NCBI GenBank assembly: GCA_033764955.1
Contig: JANRIL010000020.1
Coordinates: forward strand, 96,001 to 160,000
DNA from: Cyanobacteriota bacterium
Lineage (GTDB): Bacteria; Cyanobacteriota; Cyanobacteriia; Thermostichales; Thermostichaceae
Direction of reading: 5' to 3'
Length of the DNA stretch: 64,000 nucleotides
A program made the translations under genes and the position numbers. The notes beneath the pieces are model-generated. The model was not told the DNA's origin. It did no database searches and saw nothing but the letters and a program-made list of their open reading frames with translations. Below, piece after piece: positions 40,292 to 50,889 of the stretch; position 1 is the first letter of the stretch, and every line of letters begins with the position of its first letter.

Positions 40292-41872
40292 CTAGAGGTT
40301 GACCACAAAAGCATCCCGAATGCCAGCTTCTTTCCGCACTTCCTCAATGATCCCATCCGGCAGGGGATCATCCAGGCTGAGCACCATGACCGCCTCCCCC
40401 CGAATCAGTTGCCGACCCACCTGCATACTGGCAATGTTGACGTTATAAGCTCCCAGGAGGGTGCCGATCTTGCCAATAATCCCCGGCATGTCACGGTGCA
40501 AGGTCATCAGCATATTGGCAGAAGGGGGAACGTTAATGGGAAATTCATCAATTTGGGTGACCCGCACTTCCCGTTCTCCGATCAACGCTCCGGCTACTGA
40601 CCGTGCCCCATTCGGGCCATGAGCAGTGAGTTTAATGGAACCCGAATAGTCCTTCAGGGAGGGATCCCTGGTTTCCACGACACGGATCCCGCGCTCTTTG
40701 GCCTCCAGGGAGGCATTAACATAATTCACCCGTTCACGGAGAGCCAGGGTAAGCAGCCCTTTTAAGGCCGCCACGATCATGGGTTGACCATCTTTTTCCG
40801 CCAAATCTCCCTGCAAGCGAATTTCCAACTGACTGACCCGATCCCCTGCCAACTGACCTACCAAATTGCCCAGCGTTTCCGCCAAATCTAAATAGGGTTT
40901 GAGCTTTTGCAGCACCTCCGGTTGCAGTCCAGGGATATTCACCGCCGAACGAGCTGGCAATCCCAACAAGACATCGCGGATCTGTTCCGCTACGTCAATG
41001 GCTACATTCACCTGGGCTTCTTCAGTGGAGGCACCTAAATGGGGGGTGAGTAAGACCTCTTTGCCTAGCTTCAACAAGGGGGAATGGGTCAATGGCTCTT
41101 CAGCAAAGACATCCAGAGCGGCTCCGGCAATTTGTCCCTTGACGAGGGCATCATAGAGAGCCTGTTCATCAATCAACCCCCCCCGCGCACAGTTAATAAT
41201 GCGGGCAGTGGGCTTCATACTGGCAAAGGCTTCGGCGTTAAACAAGTGGGTGGTTTCCGGAGTTTTGGGAATATGTAGGGTGATGTAGTCTGATTCTTGA
41301 ATGAGGGTTTTCAAGTCCACTAAGCGAGCGCTCAGTTGTTCCGCCCGTTCTACCGATAGATAAGGATCGTAGGCCAAAATTTTCATGCCCATCGAGCGCG
41401 CCACCTGAGCCACATGGGATCCAATCCGCCCTAATCCGACAATGCCCAAGGTCTTTTTGTAAACTTCTACGCCGACGAACTGTTGCCGCTTCCACTGCCC
41501 TGACTTGAGGGAGCTGTTGGCTTCGGGTAAGTGGCGAGACAATCCCATCATCAGGGCAATGGTATGTTCCGCCGCCGCAATCGTGTTGCCTTCGGGAGAA
41601 TTGACCACAATGATGCCCGCCTTCGTCGCCGCTGGCACATCCACGTTATCAACCCCGACTCCGGCTCGTCCGATGATCTTGAGCTTGCTTCCGGCCTCAA
41701 TCACCTCGCGGGTGACATGGGTGCCCGAACGAATCATGATGGCATCACAGTCGGCAATCGCCACTACCAATTCGGCGGGGGACAGTTTCGTTTGTACGTC
41801 GACGTGAGCCACCTGGGAGAGGATATCAATCCCGGCTTGATCAATCGGATCGGTGACGATAACTTTTAGCAT
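40292..41872 (-). CDS. serA: D-3-phosphoglycerate dehydrogenase
   Basis: [33 protein letters not shown]-terminal ACT domain. Confidence 0.98.
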   Translation of the reverse strand: MLKVIVTDPIDQAGIDILSQVAHVDVQTKLSPAELVVAIADCDAIMIRSGTHVTREVIEAGSKLKIIGRAGVGVDNVDVPAATKAGIIVVNSPEGNTIAAAEHTIALMMGLSRHLPEANSSLKSGQWKRQQFVGVEVYKKTLGIVGLGRIGSHVAQVARSMGMKILAYDPYLSVERAEQLSARLVDLKTLIQESDYITLHIPKTPETTHLFNAEAFASMKPTARIINCARGGLIDEQALYDALVKGQIAGAALDVFAEEPLTHSPLLKLGKEVLLTPHLGASTEEAQVNVAIDVAEQIRDVLLGLPARSAVNIPGLQPEVLQKLKPYLDLAETLGNLVGQLAGDRVSQLEIRLQGDLAEKDGQPMIVAALKGLLTLALRERVNYVNASLEAKERGIRVVETRDPSLKDYSGSIKLTAHGPNGARSVAGALIGEREVRVTQIDEFPINVPPSANMLMTLHRDMPGIIGKIGTLLGAYNVNIASMQVGRQLIRGEAVMVLSLDDPLPDGIIEEVRKEAGIRDAFVVNL

Positions 41873-42055
41873 AAGCAACTAAGGCGGTTGATGCAGCACA
41901 TTGAGTGTAGTCACAGGAGGGGATCCGACACAAGGGTTTGCCTAGGGATCCCAACAACTCCTGGACTGACCAAGTCTCACCCCAAGGTTGATGGATCCCT
42001 TAAACACTGAGGCAGGCGAGATTGGGTGAGGAATGATTCATGGGTTTATTCCCGT

Positions 42056-43828
42056 TCATTCCAGGGTAATCAGGGGGCGCAACCGCTCCAACCCGACACG
42101 ATGGCAATAGTCTCCCAAACTTTCCTGGGCATAGCGTTCTTGTTGGAAGCAGAACAGAATCGGGCGCAGCATGGTGGTGATTTGATCCACATGGAGCTTT
42201 TCTAAAAAGACGCTGGCTAAGCGTTCTCCACGGGGACTACCCCCCAGCCAGATTTGATAATGTTCAGGGGTGACGCCAACCAAGCCCAACTCCGCCAGAT
42301 AAGGACGGGCGCAGCCATTGGGGCAGCCGGTCATCCTCACCACCAAGGGTTCATGGGCAAGATCCAGTTCACCTAACAATCCATGCAGGCGGCGCAAAAC
42401 ATCGGGCAATGCCCGTTCGGACTCGGTGATGGCCAATCCGCAGGTGGGTAGGGCAGGGCAGGCCATCGAAACCTGTACCAAAGGAGGGATCCGTTCGACG
42501 GGCAAAACCCCTCGATCCACTAAAATCTGATTGATTTTTTCACGGTGAGCCGGATTGATATCCGTCAACAAAATATCCTGAGTGGGGGTGAGGCGGAGGG
42601 GCAGGGCAAAATGCTGAGCAATCTCCCGCAGAGCGGTTTTGAGTTGACAGTTGGGGGTGTCTTGAATCCGCCCATTCTCAATAGAAAGCCCCAGAAACAA
42701 CTGTCCATCCCCCTGTTCCCGCCAGCCCAGCTCTGGCTTGGCGACAAACTCCGGCATGACCCGAAACCGTTTGAGTTTGCTACCGTAGTATTGTTCGACG
42801 GCGCGGCGAAACTTGCGGATCCCCCACTGGTGAACGAGATATTTCATGCGGGCTTGCCGCCGATCCTGACGGTTGCCGTGATCCCGTTGCACCGCGACGA
42901 TAGCCTGCACCACCTCATAAATTTCGGCAGGGGTGGCAAAACCTAAGGGCTGAGCCAGGAGGGGAAAGGTTTCTTCCTTGCCGTGGGTGCGCCCCAATCC
43001 TCCCCCCACCAAAATGTTGAACCCCTTCAGCTTGCCCGTCGGGGTGGTCAGAACCACTAATCCAATATCTTGGGAATAGATATCGACAGAATTGTCTCCT
43101 GCCACCGTAATCGCCGCTTTGAATTTGCGGGGAAGATATTGGTTGCCGTAGAGCGGCTCAGGGGATCCCACCACTTGTACGCCCTGCCCCACAAACTGCT
43201 TGGCTTGGCTGACTTCCGGATCTTCGGGAATCTCAATGGGTTGGTCATCCACCCACAATTCGTAATAGGCTCGGGTATGGGGGGCTAAGACATCGGCCAG
43301 TTTGTGGGCATATTCCTGAGCATAGCGATAGTCAGGCCGCTGTTGATAGGGAGCTGCCGGAGCCATGATGTTGCGATTGACATCCCCACAGGTGGCTAGG
43401 GTGGATCCCATCTGCTGAATAATCGACCCAATGACTGTCTTTAGATTTTGTTTGAGGATGCCGTGAATTTGAAAGGTCTGGCGGGTGGTGGTGCGAAGCG
43501 TGCCATTACCGTAGGTTTCGGAAAGCTGATCAAGGGTGAGATAAAGGGGAGCGGGCACATGCCCTCCCGGAACCCGCGTCCGCAGCATCATGGAATAATC
43601 CCGTTCTAAGCCTGCCTGCCGCCGTTCCTGCCGAGCATCCCGGTTATCCTGCTGGTAAGTGCCATGAAACTTGAGAATCTGGACGGCGGGTTCGCTGAAA
43701 TGGCTGGTATCCTGTCGTAGCTCAGTGGCTAGAGGCTCTCGTAAAAAGTTACTGGCGGTTTTGATGGCTTCGTTTTTGGCCAGTTTTGCGGAGACAGGCG
43801 CAGGGATCCCAGTGAGAGTGTCAACCAT
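42056..43828 (-). CDS. sir: Ferredoxin-sulfite reductase
   Basis: LKFHGTYQQDNRD, TTRQTFQ, CGDVNRN, CPALPTCGLA, TGCPNGCARP. Confidence 0.95.
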   Translation of the reverse strand: MVDTLTGIPAPVSAKLAKNEAIKTASNFLREPLATELRQDTSHFSEPAVQILKFHGTYQQDNRDARQERRQAGLERDYSMMLRTRVPGGHVPAPLYLTLDQLSETYGNGTLRTTTRQTFQIHGILKQNLKTVIGSIIQQMGSTLATCGDVNRNIMAPAAPYQQRPDYRYAQEYAHKLADVLAPHTRAYYELWVDDQPIEIPEDPEVSQAKQFVGQGVQVVGSPEPLYGNQYLPRKFKAAITVAGDNSVDIYSQDIGLVVLTTPTGKLKGFNILVGGGLGRTHGKEETFPLLAQPLGFATPAEIYEVVQAIVAVQRDHGNRQDRRQARMKYLVHQWGIRKFRRAVEQYYGSKLKRFRVMPEFVAKPELGWREQGDGQLFLGLSIENGRIQDTPNCQLKTALREIAQHFALPLRLTPTQDILLTDINPAHREKINQILVDRGVLPVERIPPLVQVSMACPALPTCGLAITESERALPDVLRRLHGLLGELDLAHEPLVVRMTGCPNGCARPYLAELGLVGVTPEHYQIWLGGSPRGERLASVFLEKLHVDQITTMLRPILFCFQQERYAQESLGDYCHRVGLERLRPLITLE

Positions 43829-43953
43829 GATGCAATACTTCGGTAATCCGATGGATTTAGTGGGGATTTGTCATGATAGTAGCCTACCTCCGTCCATGTC
43901 GAGTTTTTTTGATCGCAAAGCTTTATTTTTCGATTCCCCGTTTACTACTCTTC

Positions 43954-44511
43954 TTATTCCCCTTCCCGCCGCAGGCGCACCTCCACCTCCCGCTCGACGT
44001 AGTGCCACTCCTGGCTGGCTCGCATCCGCACCAGCAGGTCATCAAAGGCCGAGGTGTGTTGAGGAGCAAATTCAAACCAGGTGAGGAAATCAAAGGGTTG
44101 TTCCAGATCGCGGCAGTGGAGTAGGCGGCGTGCTATAGCGGGCAGATAGTCTAGCCCGACGGCTGTGTGGTGAGATTGCTCCTCAAAAATGGCGCGTCGC
44201 TCATCTTGGGGCATTTCCCACCAAGCTGCCGACTTTTTGATGGGTATGAGGACAGCACAAATGGCTTCTGAGCGATTGAGGCTGGGTTGTACGGCTCGCA
44301 AGAGGTCGACTTCCTGGCGGATGGCATAACGAATGTTGCTGCTAAATCCCTGCAAAATCCACCCCTGCTCATGGGGTAACTGGGTAATGTCATCATTGAC
44401 CACCTCGACCCGATCCACCCAAGTCAACCCTTCTCCCGCCAGCGAACGGATATCGGTAACCTGCCATCCCTGCTTACTCCCCCCCACAAAGGAATAGCGA
44501 TTTTTCATCAT
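43954..44511 (-). CDS. cld: Chlorite dismutase, short clade-2 type
   Basis: LIPIKKSAAWW, SHHTAVGLDYLP, ARRLLHCRDL, FDFLTWFEF, EWHYVERE. Confidence 0.9.
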   Translation of the reverse strand: MMKNRYSFVGGSKQGWQVTDIRSLAGEGLTWVDRVEVVNDDITQLPHEQGWILQGFSSNIRYAIRQEVDLLRAVQPSLNRSEAICAVLIPIKKSAAWWEMPQDERRAIFEEQSHHTAVGLDYLPAIARRLLHCRDLEQPFDFLTWFEFAPQHTSAFDDLLVRMRASQEWHYVEREVEVRLRREGE

Positions 44512-44762
44512 GGGTGCTCCTCGGCTAGTGAAAAAAATCGGGCTGGATCCCAAAAGGGATCTGGTCTTGATTCAACCATGCCAATCTGAGCGTGGGCTGA
44601 ATAGGTCTGAATAGTCCACCTCGGGATCCCTGAGGAGGCGGGAGGAAGCAAATAATTTCGGTATGAGGGGAACTTGCTATTGATATGACACCTGATATGA
44701 CAACAATTTCTCTATATCCCCAACTAACTTATGAGAGAAGTCAGTTCTATCACGGTAATGAA

Positions 44763-46271
44763 TCAGCCTGAACGAGGGATACAAACTCGAAAAAGGGATC
44801 CCTTTCCCTCTTGACTAAGGACAGTGATCCGCCCCTGATGCAAATCCAGACATTTTTTCACCACTGCTAAACCCAAACCCGATCCTTCGATCAATCCGAC
44901 ATTTCTACCCCGATGAAAGGACTCGAACAAGTGCTGCTGATCCTCAAGGGGGATGCCGATGCCCATATCCTCGATTTGAAATTCTATTTCTTGAGCGTGG
45001 TAAATAATCTTAAACCTAATTTTGGTCTGATTAGGAGAGTATTTGATAGCGTTGGAGAGCAAGTTACTAAAAATTGAGTGTAACAACTTCTCATCCACAT
45101 TAGCCAAGTAAGGGATCCCTTCTTGCTCAAATTCTAGTGGGTGTTGACGGGATAACAGTTGACATTCTTCTAGTAAGTGACGGCAAAATTGCTCTATATC
45201 AAGCAGTTGTGGGTGAAACTCTAACTTTTGGGCTTCGGCACGGGCTATCGTTAAAATATCCGTCAACATCTGGGTAAGACTTTTGGTAGCCTCTTGGATG
45301 CGTTTTAGATTTCGTAATTCTTTGGCATCAAGACGATCAGAGCGTGAACTTTCCAGTAACTGAGCAGACAGCAAAATCGTGCTGAGGGGAGTACGAAATT
45401 CATGAGATGCCATCGAAAAAAAACGTAGCTTCAGTTCATTGAGTTTGCGCTCATGTTCCAAGGTACGATGGATAGCCTCTATATGGTGGCGTTCGGTCAG
45501 ATCTCGTGCATTCAACACCAATCCTGTCAGTCCAGTGGGATCCTGAAACAGCTTGACCAATACTTCAAAAATTCGCCAATTAACTACATTTTCCTGAAGT
45601 CGAAATTGCAGAGCTAAGGGGGAGGCAAGTTGCTCCAAAGTTTGGGTAAATGCCACACGAACTAGTGGATGATCATCGGGGTGAATCCAGTCAAAGAGCG
45701 ATCTGCCCAGTAACTGTTCTCCTGTCACCCCCAAAATTCGCTCGGTAGAGGGACTGACATAATAAAAAAGACCTGTGGCATCGATCAACATAACCAAATC
45801 AGAGGCATTTTCAATGAGGGTGCGAAATCGGCGCTCACTTTGTTGCAAGGCATATTCCGCTTGTCGCCGCCGTCGCCGCTCACTGGCATCTCGCATCTCT
45901 CGCTCTACGGCTGGCAAAAGGCGAGCTAAGTTGCTTTTCATCAAATAGTCATGGGCACCTGCTTTCATGGCGGCAACTGCCTGATCCTCCCCCATCGTGC
46001 CAGAAATAACCACAAATGGTAGATCCAGAGATTCTACCTGAAGAAGAGCTAGGGCGGCGGGAGCACTAAACTGAGGCAGGGTATAGTCAGCAATCACTAA
46101 ATCCCAGGTTTGCTGCTGCAACGCCGCCAACATTTCTGGAGGGGTTTCGACTCGTTGATAGCCCAAGATATAGCCACCCCTGCGTAATTCCCGCAGAATT
46201 AATAGGGCATCATCCTCATTATCTTCCACTAACAATACCCGTAATGGAATACCTGTTTGTCCAGTATTCAT
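44763..46271 (-). CDS. Hybrid REC-PAS histidine kinase
   Basis: N-terminal receiver, PAS (IHPDD), SHEFRTPL, GSGLGL. Confidence 0.93.
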   Translation of the reverse strand: MNTGQTGIPLRVLLVEDNEDDALLILRELRRGGYILGYQRVETPPEMLAALQQQTWDLVIADYTLPQFSAPAALALLQVESLDLPFVVISGTMGEDQAVAAMKAGAHDYLMKSNLARLLPAVEREMRDASERRRRRQAEYALQQSERRFRTLIENASDLVMLIDATGLFYYVSPSTERILGVTGEQLLGRSLFDWIHPDDHPLVRVAFTQTLEQLASPLALQFRLQENVVNWRIFEVLVKLFQDPTGLTGLVLNARDLTERHHIEAIHRTLEHERKLNELKLRFFSMASHEFRTPLSTILLSAQLLESSRSDRLDAKELRNLKRIQEATKSLTQMLTDILTIARAEAQKLEFHPQLLDIEQFCRHLLEECQLLSRQHPLEFEQEGIPYLANVDEKLLHSIFSNLLSNAIKYSPNQTKIRFKIIYHAQEIEFQIEDMGIGIPLEDQQHLFESFHRGRNVGLIEGSGLGLAVVKKCLDLHQGRITVLSQEGKGSLFRVCIPRSG

Positions 46272-46362
46272 ATTCTCAAATAAGCTTCTTCAATAACTTT
46301 AATTAGGTCATGGACTGGCACCTGATTATCCGAGATGGTGATGACGAATTGCATAACATTCA

Positions 46363-46806
46363 TCACCCGAAACGAGGCGGTGGCTCATTAAGCAAAAGCC
46401 AATAAATTCCCAACTGATTGACAGCCTCAGTAAACTGCACAAAATCAACAGGCTTGCAGATGTAACTATTGCATCCCAAGCTATAGCTAGCCAATAGATC
46501 TTGTTCTTCTTTAGAAGTTGTTAACATGACGACGGGCAACAGTTTGGTGCGCTCATCCATCCGTAGTCGTCGCAATACCTCTAGTCCATCAACTTTCGGT
46601 AACTTTAGATCTAACAGGATCAGAGTGGGCATTTTAGTCAAATCACGCCCTGCGTAGATTCCTGTACCATAAAGATAATCCAAAGCTTCTATGCCATCAC
46701 GAGCCACAATCACCTCATTGCTAATGCGATTGCGAGCCAAAGCCCGCAGCGTTAATACCTCATCATCAGGATTATCTTCAACCAGCAGTATCGATTTAGG
46801 ATTCAC
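46363..46806 (-). CDS. Single-domain response regulator (Rcp1-like)
   Basis: LLVEDNPDD, LDLKLPKVDG, LTTSKEEQD, KPVDF. Confidence 0.94.
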   Translation of the reverse strand: MNPKSILLVEDNPDDEVLTLRALARNRISNEVIVARDGIEALDYLYGTGIYAGRDLTKMPTLILLDLKLPKVDGLEVLRRLRMDERTKLLPVVMLTTSKEEQDLLASYSLGCNSYICKPVDFVQFTEAVNQLGIYWLLLNEPPPRFG

Positions 46807-47058
46807 AGCTAAAAGGGGAGATAGGAATCATCAACAGCTAGGGATTCCCAAAAGCTACGATTTGGGGTCAGATCTTAATTTATCCCGAATGGCGTTCATT
46901 GCCCCAAAATTGTAATTTCTCGATAAGAAATTTTTCTGTCAAGTCCTTGATTGGGATCTTTGCTGCCACTCTCTGGCCATGGCGAGGAGGGATCGCCATG
47001 GCAACCTTTAGGGATCCCCAGAATAGCTGGATAGCTTCCCTAGAAATTCAGATTTTAT

Positions 47059-49464
47059 TTAGATTTTTATGTAGAAGGTTGATCCCTGATTTGGGGATGA
47101 TTGCGCCCAGATTATCCCTTGATGCCGATGAATAATCCGCTGAACCGTGGCCAGTCCAATACCTGTTCCAGTAAATTCTGAAATACTATGAAACCGTTGA
47201 AAGGCTCCAAATAGCTTGTCAGCATAGGTCATGTCAAAACCAGCCCCATTATCACGAATGGCAAAGATCATTTGTTTTGTTGGGGGCAAAGAGGCACAAT
47301 CCATTTGAGACGAGCTATAGCGAGTCTTTGGGAATCTCTCGACATGACTATCCAGTTGGCCAGAGTTAGATTCTGAGCTAGATTCCATCGAATGAACCTC
47401 TGTATTCTCACAACAAAAAAATTCAATCTTTGGCTGCTCAACCTTGCTCGTAAATTTCCAGGCATTATCCAACAAATTCTCCAGCATAATCCGCAATAGT
47501 CGGGGATCCCCTTCCACACAGATATGGGGATCGATCGTGATTTGACAGACTCGTTTCGGCTGAGTTTGTTGTAAATTAAATAATATTTCTTGAGCAATTT
47601 CACTCAGATCAATCGATTCATAGTGCAAGTCTTGTCGGGAGACTCTCGATAACAATAGTAAATCATCGATTAACTGACCCATCCGTTGAGTGGCATTGCG
47701 AATACGATGCAAATAGTTTTGTCCTAGACCGTCTAATGTGGATCCGTAGTCTTCTAATAAAGCTTGACTAAATCCATCAATGCTACGTAAGGGGGCGCGC
47801 AGATCGTGGGAGACTGAATAAGAAAAAGCCTCTAATTCTTTATTGGCTAACTCCAGTTGCAGGGTGCGCTGGCTGACCCGTCGCTCTAGCTCTTGATTGA
47901 GGAATTGAATTTCAGATTCAACTTGCTTGCGCTTGGTGATATCAAAACGAATGGCTAGGTATTGAAAAGGTCGATCATATTCATCCAAAAATGGCACAAT
48001 CACTGTATCCACCCAATACAATGACCCATCTTTGGCTCGATTTCTGATTTCCCCCTGCCAGGTTTTGCCTTGACTGATGGTTGACCAAAGATCTTGAAAG
48101 AAGGATTTGGGATGATATCCAGAATTGATGATACGGTGGTTTTGTCCCAGCAATTCATGAGCTGAATATTGGGATAACTGACAAAATCGACTATTTACAT
48201 AGGTGATGCGACCTGCGGTATCAGTTGTTGCCACAATTGCCGCGTGGTCAAGGGCAAATTTCATGTCGGATAGTTCTTTGAGGGATTTACGCAAATCTTC
48301 CTCAATTTGTTTGCGGTGAGTGATGTCAATTAGAATACCGTCCCAAATAATATCGCCATTGTCATCTCTCTCCGGTCGAGAAATTCCCTGAATCCACTTT
48401 AATCGACCAGAAGGTGTGGTAATGCGCCCTTCCCAGTACCAGGGATCCAAGGTTTGCATAGAAGTGATGATGGTTTGATTGAGAGTCACTAAATCTTCGG
48501 GATGCACAACATCCCACGCGAGTTGCTTGTTGGCTTCTATTGCTTCTGGTTCCATCTCATACAATTCGCGACTACCAGGACTCATATAAATAAATTGATC
48601 GCTTCCATCGGCTTTGACTTGATAGCGATAGATTACTCCTGGCACATTAGCGGCTAACTTCTGAAATCGAACTTCACTTTGCCGGAGAGCTTCTTCTGAT
48701 TGCTTGCGTTCTCGAATATCTCGAATTTGTCCGGTAATGTACTCAATCCCTTCGTATTCTACATAGTTGGCACTTACTTCCACCGGAATCAAATAGCCAT
48801 CCCGATGTCGGTGTAGAGTTTCTATCATGCCTGATTTAACAGACTTAAAATCCTGCCAAAACTTCTCACAGGTTGCCTGATCAAAAATGGGATCCCAATC
48901 GGGTATCGACATGGTTAATAATTCTTCGGCACTATAACCAAAATGTTGACAGGTAGCTCGATTAACATAGCTCATGCGAAAATTTTGATCGGGGCGGATC
49001 CAGTAGGTTGGCTCGGCACTTTGTTCAATAATCACCTGAAATTGCCGTAATCTCGCCACTTCCTGCTTGCGTTCCGTACTCTCTGTTACCATGCCCCCCA
49101 CACCCCAGCGCGCCCCGCCATCCAAGACCACCGGAAAATAGGAAACCACCCAATAGCGCATTTCTCCGGGATAGCCAGGTAATTCGCCAGAAATTTCTTG
49201 GTTGAGCAGGGGCTGACGAGTGGCTAAAACCTCTTCTAAAAAGGGGCGGATGGGGATGGCCAATTGGGGTAAAACCTGCTCAACCGTTTGCCCTAGGTGG
49301 GTGTTAGCCGGGATCCCATGCATGGCCGCCAAACAGTCATTGATATAGAGAAAGCGCAGATGCTCATCATAAAGACACAACCCCACTTGGGCGGTGGAGA
49401 GTCCTGCCAAAAACGCCTGAAATAGTTCGATACTCTGGTTGGGCAACGATAACGGGGTTGACAT
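47059..49464 (-). CDS. Multi-PAS sensor histidine kinase
   Basis: Four PAS/PAC modules, SHDLRAPL, NLLDNAWKF, GTGIGLA. Confidence 0.93.
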   Translation of the reverse strand: MSTPLSLPNQSIELFQAFLAGLSTAQVGLCLYDEHLRFLYINDCLAAMHGIPANTHLGQTVEQVLPQLAIPIRPFLEEVLATRQPLLNQEISGELPGYPGEMRYWVVSYFPVVLDGGARWGVGGMVTESTERKQEVARLRQFQVIIEQSAEPTYWIRPDQNFRMSYVNRATCQHFGYSAEELLTMSIPDWDPIFDQATCEKFWQDFKSVKSGMIETLHRHRDGYLIPVEVSANYVEYEGIEYITGQIRDIRERKQSEEALRQSEVRFQKLAANVPGVIYRYQVKADGSDQFIYMSPGSRELYEMEPEAIEANKQLAWDVVHPEDLVTLNQTIITSMQTLDPWYWEGRITTPSGRLKWIQGISRPERDDNGDIIWDGILIDITHRKQIEEDLRKSLKELSDMKFALDHAAIVATTDTAGRITYVNSRFCQLSQYSAHELLGQNHRIINSGYHPKSFFQDLWSTISQGKTWQGEIRNRAKDGSLYWVDTVIVPFLDEYDRPFQYLAIRFDITKRKQVESEIQFLNQELERRVSQRTLQLELANKELEAFSYSVSHDLRAPLRSIDGFSQALLEDYGSTLDGLGQNYLHRIRNATQRMGQLIDDLLLLSRVSRQDLHYESIDLSEIAQEILFNLQQTQPKRVCQITIDPHICVEGDPRLLRIMLENLLDNAWKFTSKVEQPKIEFFCCENTEVHSMESSSESNSGQLDSHVERFPKTRYSSSQMDCASLPPTKQMIFAIRDNGAGFDMTYADKLFGAFQRFHSISEFTGTGIGLATVQRIIHRHQGIIWAQSSPNQGSTFYIKI

Positions 49465-49722
49465 AGGTGAAGGGATCCCGTGTCTGAGGGAGAAGCATTG
49501 GCTAGTGCTGGGAGATGAGCACACCAAACTATCAACGTTGTATCGCTGCTCAGCCAACAGGCGCTGATTTGCTGCTCAATTCTTTACAACTGCTGAATCT
49601 CTCTTCAGCTAAGTCATCAGCGTAGTCAAGGCAACTTCAGCCTGGGCATGAGTGAGGTTTGACTGAACCCAGCCTTGTCAGATAGGGTTTGGGGGGCAAC
49701 GCACATTCTGGGATCCGAAGCG

Positions 49723-50847
49723 ATGGCTGGCGTAACCTTTGATCATGTCACCAAAAAATATGGCGACACTACCGTGGTCAGCGACTTAAACATCACGATT
49801 GAGGATGGAGAATTTTTAGTATTTGTTGGGCCATCCGGTTGTGGCAAAACCACTTCCCTCCGCATGTTGGCGGGTCTAGAAGCCATTAGTCAGGGCAACA
49901 TTTATATCGGGGATCGCTGCGTCAACCAAGTTCCCCCCAAAGATCGAGACATTGCGATGGTCTTTCAGTCCTATGCCCTTTATCCCCACATGACGGTGGC
50001 GGAGAACATGTCTTTTGGCCTAAAGTTGCGCTCCGTGCCACGGGCGGAAATCGAAAGTCGGGTCAAAAGCGTGGCCAAGCGCCTGGGTATTGAGCACCTG
50101 CTGGCTCGCAAACCCAAGGAACTATCTGGGGGACAACGGCAACGGGTGGCGGTGGGGCGCGCCATTGTTCGCAATCCGGCGGTCTTTTTGATGGATGAAC
50201 CCCTCTCTAACCTGGATGCCAAACTGCGGGTACAGGCGCGGGCTGAAATCAGCAAGCTGCACACCCAACTGGGCACAACCTTTATCTATGTCACCCACGA
50301 TCAGGTGGAAGCCATGACGATGGGATCCCGCATTGCCGTCATGAAAGACGGGCACCTTCAGCAAATCGATACCCCCCAACACCTCTATAGCCATCCCAGC
50401 AACATTTTTGTGGCCGGATTTATCGGTAGCCCCGCCATGAACTTCTTCACGGTGCGTCTGGTGGAAGGGGATCCCGACTGGGTGCTGGAGTCCGCATCCT
50501 TTCGCCTGCCGCTCTTGCCTCAACAGGTTGTCCAATACCAAGCCTACCGTGGTCAGGAGGTGATCCTAGGGATCCGCCCCGAAAACATCCATGACCCGCA
50601 GTATTTGCCCCAAGGGATCCAACCGACTCTGATCAAAGCTAGAGTAACGGTGATCGAGCAAATGGGGAACGAAGTGATCCTATATCTGGCCACCCCTGAT
50701 CGCGACGGAACCCAAGCCGAACAGGAGTTTGTAGCACGAGTCGATCCGCGCACCCACATTCAGGTGGGGCAATGGGTAGAGGTTGCCTTGGATCGGGAAC
50801 GACTGCATCTTTTTGATCGGCAAACCGAAAAAACTATCGCGGGCTAA
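49723..50847 (+). CDS. Sugar ABC transporter ATP-binding subunit (MalK/UgpC family)
   Basis: GPSGCGKT, LSGGQRQRVA, DEPLSNLD, YVTHDQ, TOBE domain. Confidence 0.95.
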   Translation: MAGVTFDHVTKKYGDTTVVSDLNITIEDGEFLVFVGPSGCGKTTSLRMLAGLEAISQGNIYIGDRCVNQVPPKDRDIAMVFQSYALYPHMTVAENMSFGLKLRSVPRAEIESRVKSVAKRLGIEHLLARKPKELSGGQRQRVAVGRAIVRNPAVFLMDEPLSNLDAKLRVQARAEISKLHTQLGTTFIYVTHDQVEAMTMGSRIAVMKDGHLQQIDTPQHLYSHPSNIFVAGFIGSPAMNFFTVRLVEGDPDWVLESASFRLPLLPQQVVQYQAYRGQEVILGIRPENIHDPQYLPQGIQPTLIKARVTVIEQMGNEVILYLATPDRDGTQAEQEFVARVDPRTHIQVGQWVEVALDRERLHLFDRQTEKTIAG

Positions 50848-50889
50848 TTTCTATACGGATCCTTCTCCCACCCACTCTCAGGAGACGCT

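Noticed and set aside
40072..40371. N-terminal extension of the 474-aa speY ORF and the + strand ORFs here
   Set aside because: They run through the tRNA-Ser gene and the serA end; the ATG at 40071 is the plausible start
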